From Eledone cirrhosa (lineage: Eukaryota), in assembly GCA_964016885.1 (NCBI GenBank), contig OZ024742.1, positions 279,248,001 through 279,312,000 of the forward strand: a DNA stretch of 64,000 nucleotides. Direction: 5' to 3'. Below the pieces are notes generated by a model. That model had not been told where the DNA came from. It was given only the letters and a program-made list of their open reading frames with translations, and searched no databases. The position numbers and the translations under genes are program-made. Position 1 is the first letter of the stretch; each line of letters starts with the position of its first letter. Of the stretch, positions 1 to 11,529 are shown piece by piece.

Positions 1-50
1 GACGTTTGACACTCTACCGATACTGCCAATCCACCACCCTTTATTATTAT

Positions 51-96
<46 letters not shown>

Positions 97-545
97 GTTT
101 TGTAATTTAGGAACAAGGCCTGTAATTTGAATGAGGAAGGGAAAAGTCGATTAAATCTACCCAGTGCATTACTGGTACATTATTTGATCGACTCCGTAAG
201 GATGAAAGCCAAAGCCACCATCGGCGGGATTTGAAAGCATAACGCAAAGGGCCGTAACTCTCTGCCGCCAAGCAGGGTCTCTGATGCTCTACCGATACTG
301 CTAATCCACGACCCTTTATAATAATAATGGTTTCTTATATAGGCACAAGGCTTGTAATTTGGGGGTAGGGGAAAATCGAATAAATCGACACCAGTACCTT
401 ATTGGTAATTTATTTTATCGACCCCCTAACGATGAAAGCCAAACTATCCTCGGCGGGATTTGAACTCTTAACGTAAAGAGCCGTAACTCTCTGTCACCAA
501 GCAGGGTGTCTGACGTTCTACCGATACTGCCAATCCCCCACCAGT
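1..545 (-). mobile_element. Tandem copies of a tRNA-derived SINE (fragment 1-45, ~97-318, ~328-545) separated by (TAA)n
   Basis: Minus strand has A-box-like TGGCAGTATCGG, B-box GAGTTCAAATCC and a conserved body TTTGCCTTTCATCCTTACGGGGTCGATAAAATAA that recurs many times in the window. Confidence 0.8.
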
Positions 546-586
<41 letters not shown>

Positions 587-939
587 GGATAATAACAGAA
601 GCGACAAGAAGGACAACACTTTGCATTAACAATTGCAGGAAATATAAATTAGTGTAAAAAACACAGACTAATCGAAGAGTTTTCTAGACATTGCTCTTAT
701 AGATAAGCCCCAAGCTGATCACTGATCAATTATGTCTTTGATTGATTGTCATGCTGTTTCCGGTGATAAAATATATCACTTCTGGGAATGAGTTAGTAGG
801 ATGATGTAAGTTTACTCAAATAGTATGTAAGTGACTCTGAAGCTGTGATTAGTGAGCAAACAGACATCTACTGGTTCCTCCCTCCACACACACAGTCTCC
901 CCCCTCTCTCTCTATATATATACATATATATACACTATC

Positions 940-1160
940 GACAGTCGATCGACTTTCATCAAATCGGACTGAGGAAACAACGTTTCCATCGGTCTTTCCA
1001 ATTGCTAATACTATCTATCGGTTGCAACTCCAGGTAGAAGGAACAACATGAAATAAAGTGTCTTGCTCAAGGACATAACGCATGGCCTGGTCCGGGAATC
1101 GAACTCACAACATCAAAATTGCGAATCCAATTCTCTAACCACTCAGCCACGCGCCTTCAC
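940..1160 (-). mobile_element. CORE-type tRNA-derived SINE
   Basis: Minus strand: GGCGCGTGGCTGAGTGGTTAGA...GAGTTCGATTCC...GTCCTTGAGCAAGACACTT (A box, B box, CORE-like block). Confidence 0.7.
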
Positions 1161-1167
1161 ATATACA

Positions 1168-1228
<61 letters not shown>

Positions 1229-1230
<2 letters not shown>

Positions 1231-1968
1231 TATTTTTATTTTTAATATTTTTAATATTTTTATTTTTAATATTTTTTTGTTTTTTATTTTTTTATTTTTA
1301 ATATTTATTTGTTTTTTATTTTTTTATTTTTTTGTTTCTGATATTTTTATTGATATATTGATATCTGTTCTCTATTTATGCTTGAACGATAATCATGTAG
1401 AGTAAAGACAAGAATAGTATTGTTAAAATTAATGTAGACTCTATATATATTTGTGTGTATGTACACATATATGTATACTAGAATTTTTATAGCACAATGA
1501 GAATGTTTTCGTCTGAAATAGGAATTTGCAGAGTTGATCACGTAAATTCACATGGATGTCTATAGTATCGAATCTGGGAAAACCTTCTATTTAACTCAAC
1601 TCTGATATAAACCTAGGAATTTTAAACTAGACATATGATCATCATTATTTTTCACACATTATTGATACGTGTCTCATTCTGAATACTGATATTTACATTA
1701 TAATGCCTGATTTATACGAATTGATATTTTTACATTGATGAAACATAATGTTTTAAATCTGCCTCGTTTATGTCTGGATATTTTTCTTTTCTCTCTATGT
1801 AACGGCTGTTTTCTCTCCTAACCACATATATCTCTCTCTACATTAATACTAGAGCTAAATAAATAAATAAATAAATAAATAAATATATCATTGATACGTC
1901 ATTCAACTGGTGCCCAACTACCTATTTTCTTTCTCTCTATCTCTATCTATATCTATCTCTCTATATTT

Positions 1969-2002
<34 letters not shown>

Positions 2003-2460
2003 CTATCTATCTACCTCTGTGTTTTTTCCTCTCTCTATATATCTCTCTCTGTTTCTTTACATGAATTTCTTCTCTCTATCTATCTCTCTATATCTATCTC
2101 TCTCTATTTAGTTGCATGCATTTCTTCTTTTTCTTCGTTTTTTCTTTCTTTCTTTTTATAACTGTCCCTAATATTTTTCACTACCAAATCAACTTTTTAA
2201 ATTGAAGTTGAAGTTGAAAGGTATGTCAAATCTATCTATTTATAAGACTGTTTATATTGTATTTTGTCTGAAGAAGGCATAACATATTTTTAATATGATA
2301 TCCCTGAAATATATATAATGAAATAAATATGGTTTTATAAATATAGTTTCCATTTATTTAATATCGTAAATATACTCCAAATACTTGTTGAGTGCTTTTA
2401 TATCAGTTATAAATATTTACTCGTTGTAACCCAACAATTTAAATAAAACTTTGCATATAT
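1229..2460 (+). repeat. 5' pseudo-LTR of the PLE
   Basis: Direct repeat of 5070-6268 with only scattered differences. Confidence 0.92.
2260..2325 (+). ncRNA. Minimal type I hammerhead ribozyme in the 5' pLTR (family A)
   Basis: Stem I TATTTTGT/ATGAAATA, core CTGAAGA, stem II AGG...CCT, GAAA, then T-ATAT-ATA (self-complementary stem III, AUA site). Confidence 0.75.
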
Positions 2461-2503
2461 CTTGCTCCAATACTGTTGAGCGCTTTATATTATAACTGAA
2501 AAA

Positions 2504-4030
2504 ATGGAATTCTTTAAGATTTCTTCCTCTTTAAAAGACATACCTCTACCTAGAAACAAAGACTTTATTAAACAATTAATAGATAAATCTGACTCTTTTA
2601 TAAGGAGAATCAGGTGGCGGGCATTCCACTTTGATAAATCTAATATAAATGCAAATGTCTCGGACTTAGACAAAGTTTTCAAATCTAAAAGAAATCCACC
2701 CCCCAACAAACTTTTATCTGACTTTGAAAACGATATAATTTCTATCATACAAGGAGTCAAATTCAAGAGAAACTTCAAAGGCCAGGAATATCTGAAAGGC
2801 ATTAAGGATAATATTGAGAGCTTAGAGAAAACTGAGAAGATCTTGGTGAAATCTGACAAGACCAACAACCTCTATGGAGTGCAAAAAGACATGTATAATG
2901 GCCTCATACTGAAAGAACTGAGGAAAAAGTACAAGGTAGCAGATAAGGCCGAGCTTGAGAAAATGAATGTTGAGGCATCTTGTATAATGCATGAGTTGGA
3001 AATTGAGAACAGAACACAACCTTTCGTGCCCAGGAAACCGAAGATCAATATGAAAGATCACAAAAGAAATTTTGAAAATGACCTGCCAGTCAGATTGATT
3101 GCACCATCAAAATCGGACCTGGGTAAACTAAGCAAAAACATTCTAGACAGGGTGATACAGCAAATTAAAAACTTGAATTGTTTACCTAACTTGAGCTTGT
3201 GGAAGGGAACTGGAGAGGTTATTGAGTGGTTTAAAGAAATTAAATATAACAATAATAATAAGTTTATTCAACTAGATATTGCTAACTATTATTCATCTAT
3301 TACCCCTAATCTACTAAATAAGGCACTAAATTACGCATTCAAACATACAGACCTAACTAGCAATGAAATGCACATTATATTATCGGCTAGGAAAACATTG
3401 ATAGAATTTAATGACCAACTATGGACCAGAGCAGATAGAGATAACAATTTCGACATTACTATGGGATCATCCGACTCAGCTCAGGTAACTGACCTTGTGG
3501 GCCTATTTTTAATCAATTCGCTGCATAGGAAAATACCCGGTGCCACCGGAGGTTTATATAGAGATGACATGCTTTTACTTATTGAAAATAATAACTCTGA
3601 ACTAAATAGAAAAAGAAAACAAATTACACAATTTTTTAATTGCTTTAATCTAAAAATAGAAATTGAGAATAACCATAGAATAGTCAATTTCCTAGATGTA
3701 ACATTAAATCTCAACACATGTCTTCACTATCCATTTCACAAGTTGAATAAAAACTTAAACTATGTCAGCTTTAACTCTAACCACCCCAGATCTGTTAAAA
3801 ATACTATAGTAAACTCTGTTCAAAAACGTATCTCTAGAATCTCATCTAATAAAAAGATTTTCGACGAAAAAGCCCAGTATTACAATGAAGCGTTAGCTAG
3901 AGCAGGATATAGTGATAAAATTATGTACATAGATAATAATAGACAAACTAACCAAAATAACAACAATTTTAATTACGGCAACAACTTTAACAACTATAAT
4001 AGAAAGCATTACAATAATTCCAAAAGCTAA
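2504..4030 (+). CDS. PLE reverse transcriptase (N-terminal, RT and thumb regions), ended by a premature in-frame TAA
   Basis: N-terminal SLKDIPLP...FIRRIRWRAFHF; RT motifs KSDKTNN, VRLIAPSKSDLGK, LDIANYYSSI, FDITMGSSDSAQVTDLVG, GLYRDD, VNFLDVTLNL; SNHP. These match Naiad/Chlamys-type PLE RTs as I recall them. Confidence 0.9.
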   Translation: MEFFKISSSLKDIPLPRNKDFIKQLIDKSDSFIRRIRWRAFHFDKSNINANVSDLDKVFKSKRNPPPNKLLSDFENDIISIIQGVKFKRNFKGQEYLKGIKDNIESLEKTEKILVKSDKTNNLYGVQKDMYNGLILKELRKKYKVADKAELEKMNVEASCIMHELEIENRTQPFVPRKPKINMKDHKRNFENDLPVRLIAPSKSDLGKLSKNILDRVIQQIKNLNCLPNLSLWKGTGEVIEWFKEIKYNNNNKFIQLDIANYYSSITPNLLNKALNYAFKHTDLTSNEMHIILSARKTLIEFNDQLWTRADRDNNFDITMGSSDSAQVTDLVGLFLINSLHRKIPGATGGLYRDDMLLLIENNNSELNRKRKQITQFFNCFNLKIEIENNHRIVNFLDVTLNLNTCLHYPFHKLNKNLNYVSFNSNHPRSVKNTIVNSVQKRISRISSNKKIFDEKAQYYNEALARAGYSDKIMYIDNNRQTNQNNNNFNYGNNFNNYNRKHYNNSKS

Positions 4031-4723
4031 AAAAGAAATAGAACTAGGAATATAATATGGTTTGCCCCCCCTTTCTCACTAAACATTGAAACCCACATCG
4101 CTAAACTATTTTTTAATGCTCTTGATAATCGCTTCCCTAGAACACATAGGTATCACTCAATTTTCAATAGACATACTATAAAATTAACCTACTCATCCAC
4201 CAAAAATTTAGCACAAAATATTAATAGAATAAATAATAGGAATTTAAAACCTAGCCAAAACACCGATAATAGCATAAATAATATCCAAATAAACAAATGT
4301 AACTGTAGAGATAGATCTAAATGTCCGTTAAATAACAATTGCTTAGTTAAAAATATAATATACAACTGTAATGTTAAAACGGACTTAAATTCTTTTAACT
4401 ATGTTGGTTCCACCTCGACAGAATTTAAACTTTGCTATAATAACCACAAGAATTCTTTCACAGATCCAAGAAAAAAATCTTTACATCACTATCAGGCTTA
4501 CTCTGGCAACTTAGGCATGATAACGTTGGATATTCAACGGCTTGGAATATAGTCTCAAGAGGGATTCCTTTTAATTCATCCTCTGAGACATGTGACCTCT
4601 GCGCCGAGGAGATATTCTTATGCTAAAATCTAAAAATTCCCTTAATTTACGGACAAATTTATTCAGTTGCTGCAGACATAGATTGAACTCAACTTTTAAA
4701 TATAAATATAAATTTAAAATGTA
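4031..4723 (+). pseudogene. Disrupted GIY-YIG endonuclease continuation of the PLE ORF
   Basis: In frame after the TAA: KRNRTRNIIWFAPPFS...CNCRDRSKCPLNNNC...NIIY...YVGSTSTEFKLCYNNHKNSF. After frameshifts near 4475 and 4612: WNIV...CDLCAEE...LNLRTNLFSCCRH. Confidence 0.85.
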
Positions 4724-5069
4724 GTATATATAATTTGATTTATAATTATTTATGAAACTCGCCGATAAATCTTTCGATTCCTTTTTTATTTTAAACATTC
4801 TTCATGAATAATTAAACTACCCTAAAAGCTGATGCTCCAAATATATCGAATAAATTTTACACTAGATAAACTTCTATATTAAATATAAGACCATCTGTAG
4901 ATCAAATGGGTATCCTAAACTTTTGGAATGATTTCTGCTAGACAGGATTTGGTAAATAATTTTGGTTTTGTTTGCTTTTGATTCTGATGCTTATAACGAA
5001 CTTGGCAATATATTGTCAATTAACTTTGAAGGGTTGATCTCTGTGGTTGATTTGCGGGGCATACTATGT

Positions 5070-5778
5070 TTTATTTTTATTTTTAATATTTTTAATATTT
5101 TTATTTTTAATATTTTTTTGTTTTTTATTTTTTTATTTTTTTATTTTTTTGTTTCTGATATTTTTATTGATATATTGATATCTGTTCTCTATTTATGTTT
5201 GAACGATAATCATGTAGTGTAAAGACAAGAATAGTATTGTTAAAATTAATGTAGACTCGATATATATTTGTGTGTATGTACACATATATGTATACTAGAA
5301 TTTTTATAGCACAATGAGAATGTTTTCGTGTGAAATAGGAATTTGCAGAGTTGATCACGTAAATTCACATGGATGTCTATAGTATCGAATCTGGGATAAC
5401 CTTCTATTTAACTCAACTCTGATATAAACCTAGGAATTTTAAACTAGACATATGATCATCATTATTTTTCACATATTATTGATACCTGTCTCATTCATGA
5501 ATACTGATATTTACATTATAATGCCTGATTTATACGAATTGATATTTTTACATTGATGAAACATAATGTTTTAAATCTGCCTCGTTTATCTCTGGATATT
5601 TTTCTTTTCTCTCTATGTAACGGCTGTTTTCTCTCCTAACCACATATATCTCTCTCTACATTAATACTAGAGCTAAATAAATAAATAAATAAATATATCA
5701 TTGATACGTCATTCAACTGGTGCCCAACTACCTATTTTCTTTCTCTCTATCTCTATCTATATCTATCTCTCTATATTT

Positions 5779-5810
<32 letters not shown>

Positions 5811-6268
5811 ATCTATCTCTGTGTTTTTTCCTCTCTCTATATATCTCTCTCTGTTTCTTTACATGAATTTCTTCTCTCTATCTATCTCTCTATATCTATC
5901 TCTCTCTAATTAGTTGCATGCATTTCTTCTTTTTCTTCGTTTTTTCTTTCTTTCTTTTTATAACTGTCCCTAATAATAATATTTTTCACTACCAAATCAA
6001 CTTTTTAAATTGAAGTTGAAGTTGAAAGGTATGTCAAATCTATCTATTTATAAGACTGTTTATATTGTATTTTGTCTGAAGAAGGCATAACATATTTTTA
6101 ATATGATATCCCTGAAATATATATAATGAAATATATATGGTTTTATAAATATTGTTTCCATTTATTTAATATTGTAAATATACTCCAAATACTTGTTGAG
6201 TGCTTTTATATCAGTTATAAATATTTACTCGTTGTAACCCAACAATTTAAATAAAGCTTTGCATATAT
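5070..6268 (+). repeat. 3' pseudo-LTR of the PLE
   Basis: Direct repeat of 1229-2460; ends at TTGCATATAT, merging into (TA)n. Confidence 0.92.
6068..6133 (+). ncRNA. Minimal type I hammerhead ribozyme in the 3' pLTR (family A)
   Basis: Same motif as 2260-2325. Confidence 0.75.
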
Positions 6269-6385
6269 ATATATATATATATTTACTATTTATATATATA
6301 TATATATATATGTGTGTGTCTGTGTGCACGTTGGTGCATGTGTGTATGTTTGCATATAAGTCTGTGTCTGTGAATGTGTTTATTT

Positions 6386-6640
6386 TTATTTCTCCAGACT
6401 ATAGAATATGTACAAGGAGAACAGTTCTTTCATGAGGCATGCAACACACTGTTTGTGGCAGAACATTACAATATAATCCCTAATCACTGGATCATTAACT
6501 CTTAATGGACACTTATTGCCGTTGCCATTGCATATTACATGCCTTGAACATTTAAAAAAGATAGTGAAATCCATCTCACTCCAAGTTTGTCTACAATCGA
6601 TATCTTCCACAGAAAGAGAGAAGAGTGAAGGCATTCATAA
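6386..6640 (-). pseudogene. Degenerate Naiad-type PLE fragment (Cys-rich linker/GIY-YIG start)
   Basis: Translation includes VICNGNGNKCPLRVN...YIV, resembling CNC...KCPL...C...IIY of the large element. Confidence 0.35.
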
Positions 6641-7284
6641 AAGCAGAGGGAACGAAAAGGTGAGGAGAAAAGAATGTTAAATAACAGGAGAATTGAACCC
6701 GGTAATGGCCTGTTAATTCAATTAACGACTCCGAAATAATGAAATGCAAAGTTGGCCTCCGCGTGTTGTGAACTCGGTGCAGAAAGACGGAAAGAAAACT
6801 GTCAGAAAAGTATTCTATCCACCACCCCTAAATTTTGAGCCTTATTCTGCTAATACTATTATTTACAAAGAAAGAATGAAAGAAAGAAGGACTGTTATCA
6901 TGTAGCATCATTTTCTATGGTATCTTAGTTCATGCAGGGCATAAATTAAAAAGAAAATACATAGCGTAAAATGAATGTTTGTTGAAGTTAGTGAGATAGC
7001 GGGTTTTATTGGATGAGATGTGACAGCCACTGTAATAGGAGGACGACAAGGAAGCTTGGAAATATTCAAATGTTTGAAGGTTCAAATGCCGAAATGTTCT
7101 AAATGATAGATGAGCTAAATGAATGAATAAATGAATAAATGGATAAATGTATGGTTGAGTAGAAAAGATTTATTGGACATATATAATATATATTATATGT
7201 GATGCTTTCACTCAGACCGACCCGGTTATTTCCCAGGATCACAAACTTGAAAGACGTTAGGGAGAGAAAGATGTAGATGTAGAC

Positions 7285-7339
<55 letters not shown>

Positions 7340-7412
7340 AACCTCTACTACCTCAAGTATTGAGTACTTTGGTGCGTTATGGTCCACCTGGTTCCTTACC
7401 ACATTTCCTTCG

Positions 7413-7449
<37 letters not shown>

Positions 7450-8367
7450 CAGAGAGAGAAAAAAGAATGAAAGTAATATATATAAATATATAGATGTGCA
7501 TGTATATACGCACACGCATACGCACACATATATGTGCGTATGATTTCATACGTATACTAGGGGGTGGGTGTAGATACATATACACATATGCTTTAGAGCG
7601 GAGAACATTCTTATGCTCCATTGTCGTAATTTAGAAACACACAGTTGAATAAAAGTACTCACCGCACGAAGCTTCTCTATATTCCGTCTATTTTCAACAC
7701 AAGTTATATATATTCCTATCCTGCTGTAATCATATTCTCATCTAGCCAACATACTAAGTGAATATAGTTCACTGAGATCTAATAATATTGAAACATGTTC
7801 ATTGAGTTAGAGACAAAGGCAATTCATGTTATACAAAGTGCTCTCTCTGCCTTCGCACAATTTCATAATTTGTTGGCATCAGATCATTTTAAAATTGCTA
7901 GGAAAAACAGAGTTGATTTGCTTGTCTTCCCCAATCAGTATATTTGTGTTTAAAAAATCCCGTACCCACACAAACATGTGTGTGTGTGTTGTTGTTGATG
8001 TTGTTGTTGGACCGATGTTGCTTTCGACGACGTATGTTTTAGTTTTGGTCAACAGGACAGACTCTACACTGAATGTAATTCTCAGGGATGTTCGGGGTAT
8101 AACACAGCTGGCCTTTTGATTATTAATTATACAGTCAATCCAATGGGTTCGAAATAGTTTTGCCTCACCAATTTCACTCTCCAATGAAGGATCGAATATA
8201 TCCAATGGTGAATAAGATTTGTATGAGATGGTAAGCAGTGGGTCCGAATCCACGAAACGCTTTAAGCAATGGCTCCTGCTGGGTCCGACCCTCTTCTTGC
8301 TATATCATGCGTTAACCTAATATAACCCTTCCATATACTGTACCGATTGTGTTGTTATTTCTGTTTA

Positions 8368-8411
<44 letters not shown>

Positions 8412-8424
8412 GTATTGTTTTTTC

Positions 8425-8763
<339 letters not shown>

Positions 8764-8867
8764 AGTACATCTACCAACATATGTGTACAGATGTACACTC
8801 ATGCTAGCAAATATATAAGTTATGTCTTAGTACCTATGTGGTTCTATGCAGGTGAATGCAGAACAAT

Positions 8868-9379
8868 TATATGAAAGACGTAAAATAAGAAAATTTTAAA
8901 AATTAAAAATCAACTTACTAAAATTTTCACTCCAACTAATTAGTTTCTGTAATGAGATAAATATAGTTACATAATATATATAACTATAGAGAATTCATTA
9001 CGTCATCTGGGAGTCTATTCTCAGCTAAGTTCCCAGGAAATGCGCGGACACTAGGAACCCATATAAAAATAATAATTCAGTAGATGGAATGAAGCTAGCA
9101 TGGACTAAATTCCGGAGCACTGAAAAAATTTCACTGCCTCTGGTCAGTGGCAGATTCATTCCATCTACTGAATTATTATTTTTATATGGGTTCCTATTGT
9201 CCGCGCATTGCCTGGGAACTTAGATGAGAATAGAGTCCCTGATGACGTAATGAATTCTCTATAGTTATATATATTATGTAACTATATTTATCCCATTACA
9301 GAAACTAATTAGTTGGAGTGAAAATTTTAGTAAGTAAGTTGATTTCGAAATTTTTAAATTTTCTTATTTTACGTCTTTC

Positions 9380-9384
<5 letters not shown>
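8868..9384. mobile_element. Fold-back module, family B: arms 8868-9093 and 9155-9384
   Basis: ~225-bp arms are reverse complements. The left arm plus spacer is homologous to 46683-46960. The right end runs into (TA)n. Confidence 0.88.
9234..9319 (+). ncRNA. Minimal hammerhead ribozyme (family B)
   Basis: A(G/C)TCC-CTGATGA-cGTAATG...CATTACa-GAAAC-TAATTA-GTT-GGAGT; palindromic stem III AACTAATTAGTT. Confidence 0.72.
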
Positions 9385-9460
<76 letters not shown>

Positions 9461-9464
<4 letters not shown>

Positions 9465-10340
9465 TAGTTCTGGTATGTCAAATTAATACCATTGAACAAC
9501 CCTGTATCATAGACAACCTATATATTTCCAGGGGTATTTCGTACCTGTGGGCATATTAACTTCATTTAATAATCTCCGTTATGTAGAGAACAAATCTGTT
9601 GTTATATTTGGCTGCTATTTTTAGTGACGGTGTAGACAACACGTCAATGTTTACTTCCGCTTTTGCTACGGATGGTTCAAGTATAGGTCACATTTTGGCC
9701 TCATTCGATCCTGTACTAGCTAGTAGATGGCAATATATTTTGCCGTTCCTGGGACTTTTTGTCCTAGGAAAGGAAAATGCTCTCTGATGAACTTCACTTT
9801 TCCATTGGAGGTCCCTTGGATTTCTAATGTTTTGTGAAGCGAAACCGTTCGGTAAAAGCACTGGTGTGAGTAAATATTTAAATTATATTTTTTAATTTAT
9901 TTAAAAAAAAATGTTTGAATTTTGCTTGTTCTGCTTATCTCAATATTATAGTTCTGGTATGTCAAATTAACACCATTGAAAAACCCTGTATCATAGACAA
10001 CCTATATATTTCCAGGGGTACTTAGTACACGTGGGCATATTAACTTCATTTAATAATCTCCGTTATGTAGAGAACAAATCTGTTGTTCTATTTGGCTGCT
10101 ATTTTTAGTGGCGGTGTAGACAACACGTATATGTTTACTTCCGTTTTGCTACGGACTGGTTCAAGTATAGGTCAAATTTTGGCCTCATTCGATCCTGTAC
10201 TAGCTAGTAGATGGCAATATGTTTTGTGAAGCGAAACCGATCGGTAAAAGCACTGGTGTGAGTAAATATTTAAATTATATTTTTTTATTTATTTTAAAAA
10301 AATTGTTTGAATTTTGCTTGTTCTGCTTATCTCCATATTA
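9461..10340 (+). repeat. Head-to-tail dimer (~485 bp plus ~395 bp) between (TA)n tracts, retrozyme/pLTR-like
   Basis: 9461-9945 is repeated at 9946-10340; the second copy has a ~90-nt internal deletion. Confidence 0.85.
9778..9860 (+). ncRNA. Type I hammerhead ribozyme in the tandem unit
   Basis: TGCTCT-CTGATGA-aCTTCAC...GTGAAGc-GAAAC-CGTTCG-GTA-AAAGCA. Second unit has palindromic ACCGATCGGT. Confidence 0.78.
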
Positions 10341-10574
10341 TATATAAATATATATATATATGGAGCCAGCAGGGGTTAAAACGTTATTTAACCTGATAGC
10401 TTTTTCGTTGCTTCGGTGTTGTGGGTAGGCGTGCCTGCCACACATTTCAATTTGTCCTGCTATCTAACGTATGTTATTACTCTGAGCACAGCTCAACGAG
10501 TGCTTGGCAGCATCATTCCTGATTGTATTTCGTAAGCTTGGCTACAGCCGAAACTTCGATTTTACTAAACTTCC

Positions 10575-11120
<546 letters not shown>

Positions 11121-11409
11121 TACTTCGGTTTCGTATTTGTTTTCTTATCTGAAAAGGTGTATTGAAACAGGTATCGTTATAATTTGGGAGGCTCATGCTG
11201 CATATAAAAACATAGGCACCTAATGGTTTTCACTTCATTTTATTATAAATTTTCGGTCTATTAGCTTAATAACCGGATTGTTGTTTATTCTCAAAGCTGT
11301 GATATCCTTAGTGACTAATCTGTTACTTTGTATCTCTCTTATGTTCTATGCTACACAATTGTGTACACCCCCCCCCCCCCACACAGACACAGACACAGAC
11401 ACACACACA

Positions 11410-11522
<113 letters not shown>

Positions 11523-11529
11523 GTGTGTG

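Larger units (their letters stand above)
1229..6268 (+). mobile_element. Near full-length Penelope-like retroelement (Naiad-type) with direct pseudo-LTRs, inserted in a (TA)n tract
   Basis: RT ORF followed in frame by a GIY-YIG region. Near-identical ~1.2 kb direct repeats at 1229-2460 and 5070-6268. (TA)n on both sides (1168-1228, 6263-6310). No TG...CA LTR ends. Confidence 0.92.

Noticed and set aside
1-545. CRISPR-like or regular repeat-spacer array
   Set aside because: Units are ~220-bp SINE copies separated by (TAA)n in a eukaryotic context, with no cas genes.
4028-4030. In-frame stop between RT and GIY-YIG as selenocysteine recoding, reported for some Naiad elements
   Set aside because: The codon is TAA, not TGA, and lies in a low-complexity linker; the conserved Cys codons are TGT/TGC. 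Mutation is more likely.
1229-6268. LTR retrotransposon interpretation of the 1.2 kb direct repeats
   Set aside because: No TG...CA ends, PBS, gag or integrase; the protein is PLE-type.
8868-9384. MITE/DNA-transposon TIR interpretation of the fold-backs
   Set aside because: Arms in several modules end at unequal positions, spacers are continuations of one arm, single-arm copies exist, and the arms contain HHRs or pLTR sequence.
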